Below, one piece after another: positions 34,106 through 42,138 of a stretch of 64,000 nt of DNA (the stretch's first letter is position 1; each line of letters begins with the position of its first letter). The DNA comes from Candidatus Woesebacteria bacterium (GTDB lineage Bacteria; Patescibacteriota; Microgenomatia; UBA1400; PJMF01). The stretch spans positions 886 to 64,885 of the forward strand of contig JAGNLY010000004.1 of assembly GCA_017999345.1 (NCBI GenBank). The letters are read 5' to 3'. Both the position numbers and the translations under genes were made by a program. Below the pieces are notes generated by a model. That model did no database searches, had not been told where the DNA came from, and was given only the letters and a program-made list of their open reading frames with translations.

Positions 34106-35218
34106 ATGAAACTTAAAGTATTACAAGAAAATTTAAACAACTCATTAAATAATTTACAGAAAGCAATTCCTAGTAGACCTCAGTTACCCATTCTTTCTTC
34201 AATTTTAATAGAATCAACAAAAGACGGTTGCACTGCTTCAGCAACAGATCTTTATTTCGGAGTTAGATCTGTTATTCAAGTCGACTCCGAGATTGAAGGA
34301 AAAGTTGTAGTTCCCGGAAAGCAATTCAAAGAAATTGTTTCTTCACTAAGTCCAGGAGTATTGACTTTAGAGTCTGACGAAGGAAGCTTGAATATAATCT
34401 CTGAAAAGACAAAAACAACGCTCTCATGTCAATCTAGTGATGAATATCCTCCTTTTCCTCAAGTTGAAGGAGAAGAATTTATACTTTCTTTTGATCAGTT
34501 AGACAAAATTGAGAAAAATGTCTCTTTTAGCACATCTATTGACATGGCGAGACCTGTTTTAACAGCAATTCTTTTTAAATTTTCAAACAACTCTCTTGAG
34601 GCAGTTGGAACTGATGGATTCAGGCTATCAGTTTTAAAATTAGCAAATAATAAAGATAATATCGAGGAAAGTTCTTTCTTAGTGCCGGCGAAGGCACTGT
34701 CTGAAGTTTTTAGAATTATGGTTAAACTAGAGGCAAAGGAGATAAAACTCAAAATTTCTAGAAAATTAAAACAAATTTTCTTTTCAATTAATGGCGTTCT
34801 TATTTTTGTTAGACTAATTGACGGCAATTATCCTCCGTATGAAAAAATAATTCCTTCAGAAGTAAAAACAGAAGTAATTATCGATTCTGACGAGTTGATG
34901 GATAATTTGAAGAGAGCTATGATCTTTGCTAGAGAGTCTTCAAATATTGTGAGACTTATTGTCAACGAAAATGATATGGAAATTAAGTCATCCTCCCCTT
35001 CATTCGGAAACTACAGTGGAAAAATTAAGAACGTCAAAATAAAAGGAACTCCTGGAGAAATTGCTTTTAATATTAAGTATTTGATGGAATATCTATCCTC
35101 AACGAAAGAAAACGAGCACTGGTTTGGTATGAACGAAAGCCTTAGGCCAGCTATTTTTAAACCAGGAAAGAACAGCGACCATAGGTATGTTATTATGCCG
35201 TTTAAAGTAAATGGATAA
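34106..35218 (+). CDS. dnaN: DNA polymerase III beta sliding clamp
   Basis: 370 aa. N-terminus MKLKVLQENL...LQKAIPSRPQLPILSSILIE. DGFRLS and RLIDGNYPPYEKIIP motifs. Follows dnaA. Confidence 0.92.
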   Translation: MKLKVLQENLNNSLNNLQKAIPSRPQLPILSSILIESTKDGCTASATDLYFGVRSVIQVDSEIEGKVVVPGKQFKEIVSSLSPGVLTLESDEGSLNIISEKTKTTLSCQSSDEYPPFPQVEGEEFILSFDQLDKIEKNVSFSTSIDMARPVLTAILFKFSNNSLEAVGTDGFRLSVLKLANNKDNIEESSFLVPAKALSEVFRIMVKLEAKEIKLKISRKLKQIFFSINGVLIFVRLIDGNYPPYEKIIPSEVKTEVIIDSDELMDNLKRAMIFARESSNIVRLIVNENDMEIKSSSPSFGNYSGKIKNVKIKGTPGEIAFNIKYLMEYLSSTKENEHWFGMNESLRPAIFKPGKNSDHRYVIMPFKVNG

Positions 35219-35261
35219 TTTGTAGTGTAAACCAGAAAAACTCTGATATAATACTATCCTT

Positions 35262-35408
35262 ATGAAAAGAACATGGAATCCAAAAAAATATAAAAGAATG
35301 AAGAAACACGGCTTTTTGAAGAGATTGGGAAGCCTTGGAGGACTTAAAGTCCTTAAGAGAAGACGTGCTAAAGGCAGAAAAAAACTGACCGTTCTTAAGA
35401 AAAAATAA
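35262..35408 (+). CDS. rpmH: 50S ribosomal protein L34
   Basis: Hand translation gives [48 protein letters not shown]. This matches the L34 consensus MKRT.QP...KR...HGF..RM....G..VL..RR.KGRK.L. It is below the ORF-track length cutoff. Confidence 0.9.
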   Translation: MKRTWNPKKYKRMKKHGFLKRLGSLGGLKVLKRRRAKGRKKLTVLKKK

Positions 35409-35417
35409 GGTTTAATT

Positions 35418-35753
35418 ATGCTGTCTAAACAGCTTAAACTAGATTTAAGAAAAAATAAAGATTTTTTTTCAAGTTGCAAAAAGAAACACTTCACTAATTT
35501 TAGCTTGTTTTATAGTAAAAAAAAGTCTGAAGTATCGAAGGCGATTGTAATTGTTCCAAAAAAAACCAATAAATTAGCATCGCAAAGAAATAAAATTAAG
35601 CGAGCTGCTTATTTATTGATTGAAAATGTCTTCTCAATGAATAAAGAAAATAATATTGATTTAATTATTGTTATTAAAAAACAAATTTCTCAAAAAAATC
35701 TAAAAGACACGCTATATCAAATTAAAGAAAGATTACTTGAAACGAAGGCATAA
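35418..35753 (+). CDS. rnpA: Ribonuclease P protein component
   Basis: VPKKTNKLASQRNKIKRAAY matches the RnpA RNR-motif (KK.g.AV.RNRiKR). Sits in the rpmH-rnpA-yidD-yidC order. Confidence 0.8.
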   Translation: MLSKQLKLDLRKNKDFFSSCKKKHFTNFSLFYSKKKSEVSKAIVIVPKKTNKLASQRNKIKRAAYLLIENVFSMNKENNIDLIIVIKKQISQKNLKDTLYQIKERLLETKA

Positions 35754-35940
35754 AATAATTTTATTAGTTTATCAATTTTTTAGAAGTATGAGGTATAATC
35801 TCCTACGAAGCGTTTTTGGTGTTGTGATTCACTGTAAACATTCTCCAACCTGTGGAACCTATGCTTTTAGACAAATACAAAAAAGAGGGATCTTTATTGG
35901 CGGATTTAGAGGATTATTAAGAGTTATCACCTGTTGGTAA
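35737..35940 (+). CDS. yidD: Membrane protein insertion efficiency factor YidD
   Basis: CKHSPTCGTYAFRQIQKRGIFIGGFRGLLRVITCW matches the YidD pattern C.F.PSCS.Y...A....G...G......R..RC. Overlaps the rnpA end by 17 nt. Confidence 0.75.
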   Translation: MKRRHKIILLVYQFFRSMRYNLLRSVFGVVIHCKHSPTCGTYAFRQIQKRGIFIGGFRGLLRVITCW

Positions 35941-35968
35941 CAATATTTTAGAGACACGTGAGGTAAAT

Positions 35969-36742
35969 ATGGACATTTTTTCAAACATTTTTCATAACTT
36001 TTTAGTTTTTTTAGTGGGTACCACCGGAAGTTTGGGTTATGCGATTATTATTTTCACTTTTTTAATTAGAAGTGCTCTTTTACCTTTAACACTTCCTTCA
36101 CTTAGATCTAGTGAAAAAATGAAAAAAGTTCAGCCAGAAATCAAGTTGCTTCAGAAAAAACATGGAAAAGACAAGCAAGGATTCCAAAAGGCTCAATTGG
36201 AACTTTATAAAAAATACAACATCAACCCTTTAGCTGGATGTATACCTCAGTTAGCTCAACTAGGAATCTTAATAGTTTTATATAACGTTTTAATTAAATT
36301 TTTAAATTCACCAGTTATCAATGGAGCCATAGTTGAGTCAAATTTTTGGTGGTTAAACCTAAGTCAACCAGATTCAAAATATATTCTGCCAGTCTTGGCA
36401 GCTGTAACACAATTAATTTTATCTCTAATGATTGCACCTGGAGCTGAAACCAGAGATGTAGTTCCTAATAAAAGTAAAAGTAAAAAAATTCAGACAGAGA
36501 ATAAAAAAGAAGAAAGTACCGCTGATATGGCTCAATCCATGCAACAACAGATGTTGGTTTTAATGCCGATTATGACTGGATTTATAGCACTTAAATTTCC
36601 ATCTGGATTAGCTTTATACTGGGTAGCAACCACCATTTTTAGTATCGGACAACAACTTTACATATCTGGACCAGGAGGATTAATAATTTATTATAATAGA
36701 GCCTTAAATTTTATTTCAAGGAAAGTAATAGCGAAACAATAA
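35969..36742 (+). CDS. yidC: Membrane protein insertase YidC (short form)
   Basis: YAIIIFTFLIRSALLPLT, KMKKVQPEIKLLQKKH, YKKYNINPLAGCIPQLAQL and SGLALYWV are YidC/Oxa1 signatures. Confidence 0.9.
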   Translation: MDIFSNIFHNFLVFLVGTTGSLGYAIIIFTFLIRSALLPLTLPSLRSSEKMKKVQPEIKLLQKKHGKDKQGFQKAQLELYKKYNINPLAGCIPQLAQLGILIVLYNVLIKFLNSPVINGAIVESNFWWLNLSQPDSKYILPVLAAVTQLILSLMIAPGAETRDVVPNKSKSKKIQTENKKEESTADMAQSMQQQMLVLMPIMTGFIALKFPSGLALYWVATTIFSIGQQLYISGPGGLIIYYNRALNFISRKVIAKQ

Positions 36743-36752
36743 GGAAATAATT

Positions 36753-37214
36753 ATGAAAATAAAAACATTTTTAGCACAATTATGTGAACACTGCGGTTTA
36801 TCAGAAGAAGAAATTAAAATAGAGACAGTCGAAACTGACGAAAAAATTGAAATTAAGTTGTCTGTTCCAGAGGATGATTCGGGAGTTTTTATCGGACATC
36901 ATGGAGATTCAATAGATTCAATTCAAAGAATATTAAGAGTAATTTTTCAAGAAGAGTCTGAAAACAAAAGAATCGTACTAAACATTAATGATTATAGAGA
37001 AAAACGAGAAGATAGACTTAAAGATCTTACTTATTCTGCAGCAAATAAAGTTTTGGAAACTAAAGAAGAATATTCTTTTAACTCATATCTTCCAGCCCAC
37101 GAAAGATACATTATCCACTTTACCCTAGCAGAAGATGAAAAGTTTTCTGAACTAGAAAGTGTATCTGAAGGAATTGGTAGAAACAGGAAATTAGTAATAA
37201 AAATCAAAAAATAA
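36753..37214 (+). CDS. jag: Jag-like KH plus R3H RNA-binding protein
   Basis: KH-like FIGHHGDSIDSIQRILRVI and R3H-like ERYIIHFTLAED. Conserved position after yidC. Confidence 0.7.
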   Translation: MKIKTFLAQLCEHCGLSEEEIKIETVETDEKIEIKLSVPEDDSGVFIGHHGDSIDSIQRILRVIFQEESENKRIVLNINDYREKREDRLKDLTYSAANKVLETKEEYSFNSYLPAHERYIIHFTLAEDEKFSELESVSEGIGRNRKLVIKIKK

Positions 37215-37226
37215 AATTACGTTCAT

Positions 37227-37679
37227 ATGAATTTAATTGTTTTTACCGATGGAGGATCTAGAGGTAACCCCGGAAACGCTGCAATTGGAGTTATTGCTTA
37301 TATGACTGACAAACAATTTTCTTTCGAAAATAAAGCAAATCTAGAAATTGCTTATGAATATTCTGGATTTATCGGTCAAGCAACTAATAATGAGGCAGAA
37401 TATCAGGCTATTATTAATGCAATTAAATGGATTTCTACAGAGCAGTTAAAATACGAAAAAATTGTTTTTTATTTAGATTCAAAATTAGTGGTTGAACAGA
37501 TAAACAAGAATTGGAAAATAAAAGACGAAAGAATGAAAAAATACGCTCATGAATTTTGGAAAATTGCCGAAGAAAACAAAATTATTTTGGAAATAATCCA
37601 TGTTAGAAGAGAGTTTAATTCAGAGGCAGATGCCCTTGTTAATCAAGCTCTAGATAATCAAGAATTGCTGAAAAATTAA
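37227..37679 (+). CDS. rnhA: Ribonuclease HI
   Basis: FTDGGSRGNPGNAAIG, NNEAEYQAIINAIKW, LDSKLVVEQI and NSEADALVNQALD are the DEDD RNase H motifs. Confidence 0.85.
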   Translation: MNLIVFTDGGSRGNPGNAAIGVIAYMTDKQFSFENKANLEIAYEYSGFIGQATNNEAEYQAIINAIKWISTEQLKYEKIVFYLDSKLVVEQINKNWKIKDERMKKYAHEFWKIAEENKIILEIIHVRREFNSEADALVNQALDNQELLKN

Positions 37680-37723
37680 ACTCCTCTTTAATAAGTCTTT
37701 TTTATTTTCTACAATTAACTCAA

Positions 37724-40700
37724 ATGAATCAGTTAGAAACTCAGTTATTATCTGACGGCCCTTTAGTGGTTTTGATTGGAAGCAACAGCTCTTTTCGTTT
37801 TCACGTGTCGGAAGTTCTCAAAAAATTTGATTTAAATATCAAACAGTGTTCATCGTCTGAAATTTTGGAGGGAAAAGTTGATCTAAACATTATTTCTGGC
37901 GCTTATAAGATTATCTGGCTCTATGAGAATAATGCTGAAAATTTAGAAAATTATCTTGATTTGTTGAGTGTCTTGAAACAAGTGCAAACTCCAGTAGTTA
38001 TTGTGGCAAATATTTTTTCAAGCATAAGCTCTTTTTCTAGTGATTTATTTAAAGAATGGCTGGATTTATCCAACAAACAGAGTCGTTTTATAGAAGATTG
38101 TATTTTGCATTTGCCCAAAGCAAGTTTTATTTTTGGCCAAAACCTAATAGTTGATTCTCAAGAGAATGACATTTTAAGATTTTTAACCAAAAACATTCAC
38201 AGAAATATCATTATTGACCCAAGTTTTAATTTAAATTTTTTAAACCCTGAGACATTTGTCAAAATAGTTGAAGATTCTTTGTTTAGACCTGGAAAACAAG
38301 CTAGTGTTTTAGTGAGAGGGATAGACGTTCATTCACAAGTAGTTGTTGGGTCAATTAAAAAACTATATGACGTGTATCACAACTCAAATATAGAAATAAT
38401 TAATGACACCGTGTCGATCGCAAACTCTATCCCCTTCTCTGCTAAGGAAAATATTGTTGATTTTGATTTTAATTCGATTGTTGCCGGCTTTGTAAAAAAA
38501 CTTAAAGCTCCTCAAGTAGAATTAATTAAAAAAGAAATAATTTTTAAGCCAAATATTCCTCAACAAGGTCGCGTTGAAGTAAAAGAAATAATTTTTAAGC
38601 CAAATGTTCCTCAACAAAGTCGCGTTGAAGTAATTGAAAAACAAGAAATAAAACTTACGCCAAAACCTCCTGTTTACGAGAGCCAAGACACTAATTCATC
38701 TTCATTGAGAATTGAGACTACTGAGGTAACTGAGAAAAAATTCTTTGAAAATAAATATATTCCTGAAGTAAATTATGCTCAGAACATAGTAAAAACAGGT
38801 GATCAATCTCTTAACGAAAAGTCAAATATAGTCAAGAAAAACATTGATTCTATAAGCGTCGACGACGAAATAAAGCGAATTTTTAAGAGCACTAGGACTG
38901 AAACAAAAGTCGATAGAATTAGGGAAATTGCCAAAAATACTAAAAAAAATTCAAAGCGAAGTGGTAGAAAAAAAGTGTTGTTTGTTGGCGGGATTGTCGC
39001 TACTGGAGTGGCAAGTGCAGTCTTGGTGTTGGCAGGAGTATTTTTTGCTTCTCAATCATTTCTCAAAAAAGAGTTGGTTAGTTTTGTCTTAAAAAAATCT
39101 AGTGGCGAAGACATGACGCTTGAGAATAAAAAACTAAAGACGATAACAGATTTTGTTAATTTTCAGGCTAATGGCTATTCATTAATTTTAGACACGGACA
39201 CAATTTCTAGTGCTAAATCTATGGTGGCAGCTAGTAATGGACTTCAATCCGCAATAGAAACACTCTCTGAAGTCAATGAAACGTCCAAAAATCTTGTTTT
39301 GAAGATGCTTACTGGAAATGGTAATAAAACTAGTGAAATGGCCGAAATTTTGGGTCAGCAGTCTCAAAATGCATATGAAGCTCTTTCTGATTTAGAAGCT
39401 AATTTGAAACTTGTTAATTTAGACATTAGTTCAGAGGAAAAAGAAAAAGCATTTGGCAATTATGAGGCAGAATTAAGATCAATAAAAAACGATATATCAG
39501 TACAAGCGCAATTACAACCAATTTTGTCATCCCTTACTGGAGAAGATTCTAAAAAAACATACGCTGTTATTTTCCAAAATAATCAAGAGTTGAGGCCTAC
39601 AGGAGGATTTATTCAGGCCGTTGCTTTATTAAATTTTGATGGCGGCAGTCTAGTTTCTCATGATGTTTATAGCGTTTATTCCTTGGATCAAAAATTATCT
39701 GGCGCAGTTGTCCCTCCAGAAGAAGTAACCACATACTTGGGTGAGGAAAAATGGTATTTAAGAGACAGCAACTGGAACCCAGACTTTCCTTCCACGAGTA
39801 GACAAATCGAGTGGTTTATCTCTAAAAGCACCGGAGTTCAAGTGGATGGTGTGATCGCCGTTAATTTATTTACTATCAAGGACTTGTTGGAGGCAATAGG
39901 CCCGGTGGATTTACCAGATTACAACGAAGTAATAAACTCAAAAAATATTTTAGAGAGAATGGAGTTCCACTCAGAGGTAGTTTTGATAGATTCTCCTGAT
40001 TCAATCGACTATTCCGTAGTTTTATTGGAAAAAATTCTTGAAAAAGTTACGAAGATAAGTGATGAAAAAGTCAGTCCCCTTCTCTATTCACTGAAAAAAT
40101 CAATTTCAGAGAACCAGCTTGCCTTCTCAGTGAGTGAAAAAGAGAATCAACAAGTTTTACATGATTTAGGCTGGACTGGAGGTTTGATTAAACCAAGCTG
40201 CCCAGCTGAGCTGAGCTTGGTTGACTGCAGAGTCGACAGCATTTCTCAAGTTGAGGCTAATGTGGGAATAAATAAGGCCAATTATTATCTTGATAGAGCT
40301 ATCGATCAAAAAATAACAATAGATAAAGAAAAAGCAGTTCACCAGAGAAAAATCACCTTTAAAAACAATGCTAAATCTAATTCTTGGCCAAAAGGTACAT
40401 ACAAATCTTTCCAAAGGTTTTTTATAGATGAAGACTCACTCGTTGAGGGTGTTTTTATAAACGGCTCGCCATTAATTGAGGAGCAAATCTCGAAGAAGAT
40501 TTCTAATGGTTTCTTAGAGATTGGAATTAGCGTTGATGTGCCAATCCAAAAAACACTAGAAGTTGAGATTGACTACTCTACCCCACTTAATTTTGATAAG
40601 GGATTCTCTTATGTCTTTTTTAACAAGAAACAGGCAGGAACTTCTGGTGATCCTGTTAATATTGTTTTTGAACATTCAAGCGATATATCACCTGTTTTAA

Positions 40701-40786
40701 TATCTCCTTCTGCAGACGTTGTGGGTAGAAAAATTATTTTTGATACAAAAAATAGCAATTCTCTATTTAGTGTTGAGTTTGAGTAA
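37724..40786 (+). CDS. Large membrane-anchored DUF4012-like protein
   Basis: 1020 aa with a single TM near aa 425. QNNQELRPTGGFIQAVALLNFDGG matches the DUF4012 hallmark (N.ElR.tGG.ig). TACAAT at 37710-37715 lies 8 nt before the ATG. Confidence 0.6.
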   Translation: MNQLETQLLSDGPLVVLIGSNSSFRFHVSEVLKKFDLNIKQCSSSEILEGKVDLNIISGAYKIIWLYENNAENLENYLDLLSVLKQVQTPVVIVANIFSSISSFSSDLFKEWLDLSNKQSRFIEDCILHLPKASFIFGQNLIVDSQENDILRFLTKNIHRNIIIDPSFNLNFLNPETFVKIVEDSLFRPGKQASVLVRGIDVHSQVVVGSIKKLYDVYHNSNIEIINDTVSIANSIPFSAKENIVDFDFNSIVAGFVKKLKAPQVELIKKEIIFKPNIPQQGRVEVKEIIFKPNVPQQSRVEVIEKQEIKLTPKPPVYESQDTNSSSLRIETTEVTEKKFFENKYIPEVNYAQNIVKTGDQSLNEKSNIVKKNIDSISVDDEIKRIFKSTRTETKVDRIREIAKNTKKNSKRSGRKKVLFVGGIVATGVASAVLVLAGVFFASQSFLKKELVSFVLKKSSGEDMTLENKKLKTITDFVNFQANGYSLILDTDTISSAKSMVAASNGLQSAIETLSEVNETSKNLVLKMLTGNGNKTSEMAEILGQQSQNAYEALSDLEANLKLVNLDISSEEKEKAFGNYEAELRSIKNDISVQAQLQPILSSLTGEDSKKTYAVIFQNNQELRPTGGFIQAVALLNFDGGSLVSHDVYSVYSLDQKLSGAVVPPEEVTTYLGEEKWYLRDSNWNPDFPSTSRQIEWFISKSTGVQVDGVIAVNLFTIKDLLEAIGPVDLPDYNEVINSKNILERMEFHSEVVLIDSPDSIDYSVVLLEKILEKVTKISDEKVSPLLYSLKKSISENQLAFSVSEKENQQVLHDLGWTGGLIKPSCPAELSLVDCRVDSISQVEANVGINKANYYLDRAIDQKITIDKEKAVHQRKITFKNNAKSNSWPKGTYKSFQRFFIDEDSLVEGVFINGSPLIEEQISKKISNGFLEIGISVDVPIQKTLEVEIDYSTPLNFDKGFSYVFFNKKQAGTSGDPVNIVFEHSSDISPVLISPSADVVGRKIIFDTKNSNSLFSVEFE
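38532..38633 (+). repeat. In-frame 51-bp tandem duplication (2 copies, 2 mismatches)
   Basis: AAAGAAATAATTTTTAAGCCAAAT(A/G)TTCCTCAACAA(G/A)GTCGCGTTGAAGTA occurs twice. It encodes KEIIFKPN(I/V)PQQ(G/S)RVEV. Confidence 0.9.
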
Positions 40787-40952
40787 TATTAATTTTTTGG
40801 CTATATATCCGATAAAAATTGATTAGCAAGTGCTTGTTTTACCTATATCTAATTTGCTTATTTCCCTCAAGAGCTTTATACTAGCTATTCTTACTTACAA
40901 AAATTGACAAAAAAACTAAAATAAACCAGTTTAAAGAAAGTATATCAAAAAT

Positions 40953-41663
40953 ATGACAAATGCATCAGAAAAAGTAGTGTTTCACGTATCTACAAGACAA
41001 GTGAAGGGAACTGGGAATGTTTCCAGATTAAGATCTGAAGGAAAATTGCCAGGAAACGTCTATGGTCTTAGTGAAAAATCAATCGCCATCATAGCTGACT
41101 ATAGAGGCGTCAAAAAACTTTATGATTCTCAGGGTGATACCGGACTTATTTACTTACAAATCGACGACGAAAAGAAACAACTTCCAGTTTTGATTGATGA
41201 AGTTGCTTATACAAAAATAGGGGAGAGTATTTTACATATTTCCTTCAAAAGAGTCAGTTTGAGTGTCAAGATTGAAGCTGAAATTCCTGTGGTTATGACT
41301 GGTGAAACAAAAATTGATGGAGCAATCGTTTCTTTGGTTAAAGACTTTGTTTTGATCGAAGCTTTGCCTACAGATTTATTAGAAAGTTTCGAGGTTGATA
41401 TATCCGTACTTAAAGAAGTAGGGCAGAGTATTACTCTTGAAGACCTTAATTTTGATAAATCAAAAATTTCTCTAGTTCTTAATGAGGGTGAGACCCCATC
41501 TGACGTTATGTTAGTCAATGTACAAGAACTTAAAGAAGAGGTAGCAGAAGAGCCTGAAGCAAGTGTTTCAGATATGGCTGAGACTGCAGATGGCACAAAG
41601 ACTGAAGATGGTGCTTCTGAAAATGATAAACCATCAGACAATAAGTCTGAAAGTGCTTCTTAA
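40953..41663 (+). CDS. rplY: 50S ribosomal protein L25 / general stress protein Ctc with acidic C-terminal tail
   Basis: TRQVKGTGNVSRLRSEGKLPGNVYG matches the L25 N-terminal signature (R...GKg..r.lR..G.iPavvYG). Length 236 aa. Confidence 0.85.
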   Translation: MTNASEKVVFHVSTRQVKGTGNVSRLRSEGKLPGNVYGLSEKSIAIIADYRGVKKLYDSQGDTGLIYLQIDDEKKQLPVLIDEVAYTKIGESILHISFKRVSLSVKIEAEIPVVMTGETKIDGAIVSLVKDFVLIEALPTDLLESFEVDISVLKEVGQSITLEDLNFDKSKISLVLNEGETPSDVMLVNVQELKEEVAEEPEASVSDMAETADGTKTEDGASENDKPSDNKSESAS

Positions 41664-41681
41664 AAAGACAGATTTAAATTT

Positions 41682-41712
41682 AAAAAAACCCTCATTTATT
41701 GAGGGTTTTTTA
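41682..41712. terminator. Bidirectional rho-independent terminator between convergent genes
   Basis: AAAAAAA, CCCTC (41689-41693), loop ATTTATT, GAGGG (41701-41705), TTTTTT. Confidence 0.7.
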
Positions 41713-42132
41713 TTTATTAAAAAGTTTATTATTGGGATCCAAGTCTTTTGCTTTTTGCCAAAATTCTTGAGCAATTTCGTTATCGCCCAAAGACTTGTTT
41801 AATGAATGTAAATTTAATAGCGCGTCAATAGAATTTGGTTGTTTTTGAATTACTGCTTCCCAAAAAATAATTTCATTTTTTATCTCATTTTCTGTCATGA
41901 TTTTTTGTGTGTAATAATCTTGATTTTCAGGCTTGAAAGAGACAATGTTTTTAATTTCTTGGTTTAAGAGTCTTGATTTAATCAGAAAAAACAAAGCTAG
42001 ACTAATCAGGGCAAATAAGAAAAAAATTGAAAGAAATAAACCTCTGGCTTTTTTTATTTTTTCTAAACCCAAGCGTGAGATAAAAATTGCCAAATAAAAA
42101 AGCAACCTAGCTTTTAGAATAATTAATTTCAT
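41710..42132 (-). CDS. Membrane-anchored protein with a TPR-like C-terminal helix pair
   Basis: 140 aa with two N-terminal hydrophobic segments. The C-terminus WEAVIQKQPNSIDALLNLHSLNKSLGDNEIAQEFWQKAKDLDPNN is TPR-like. Confidence 0.45.
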   Translation of the reverse strand: MKLIILKARLLFYLAIFISRLGLEKIKKARGLFLSIFFLFALISLALFFLIKSRLLNQEIKNIVSFKPENQDYYTQKIMTENEIKNEIIFWEAVIQKQPNSIDALLNLHSLNKSLGDNEIAQEFWQKAKDLDPNNKLFNK

Positions 42133-42138
42133 TATTCT

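Noticed and set aside
35099-35494. 131-aa minus-strand ORF spanning the dnaN end, rpmH and the rnpA start
   Set aside because: It overlaps three well-supported plus-strand genes, including L34 found by hand translation. Its Lys/Phe/Leu-rich product is typical of AT-rich antisense frames.
41207-41641. 144-aa minus-strand ORF
   Set aside because: It is antisense to rplY (L25/Ctc). Its Ser-rich translation mirrors the acidic tail codons.
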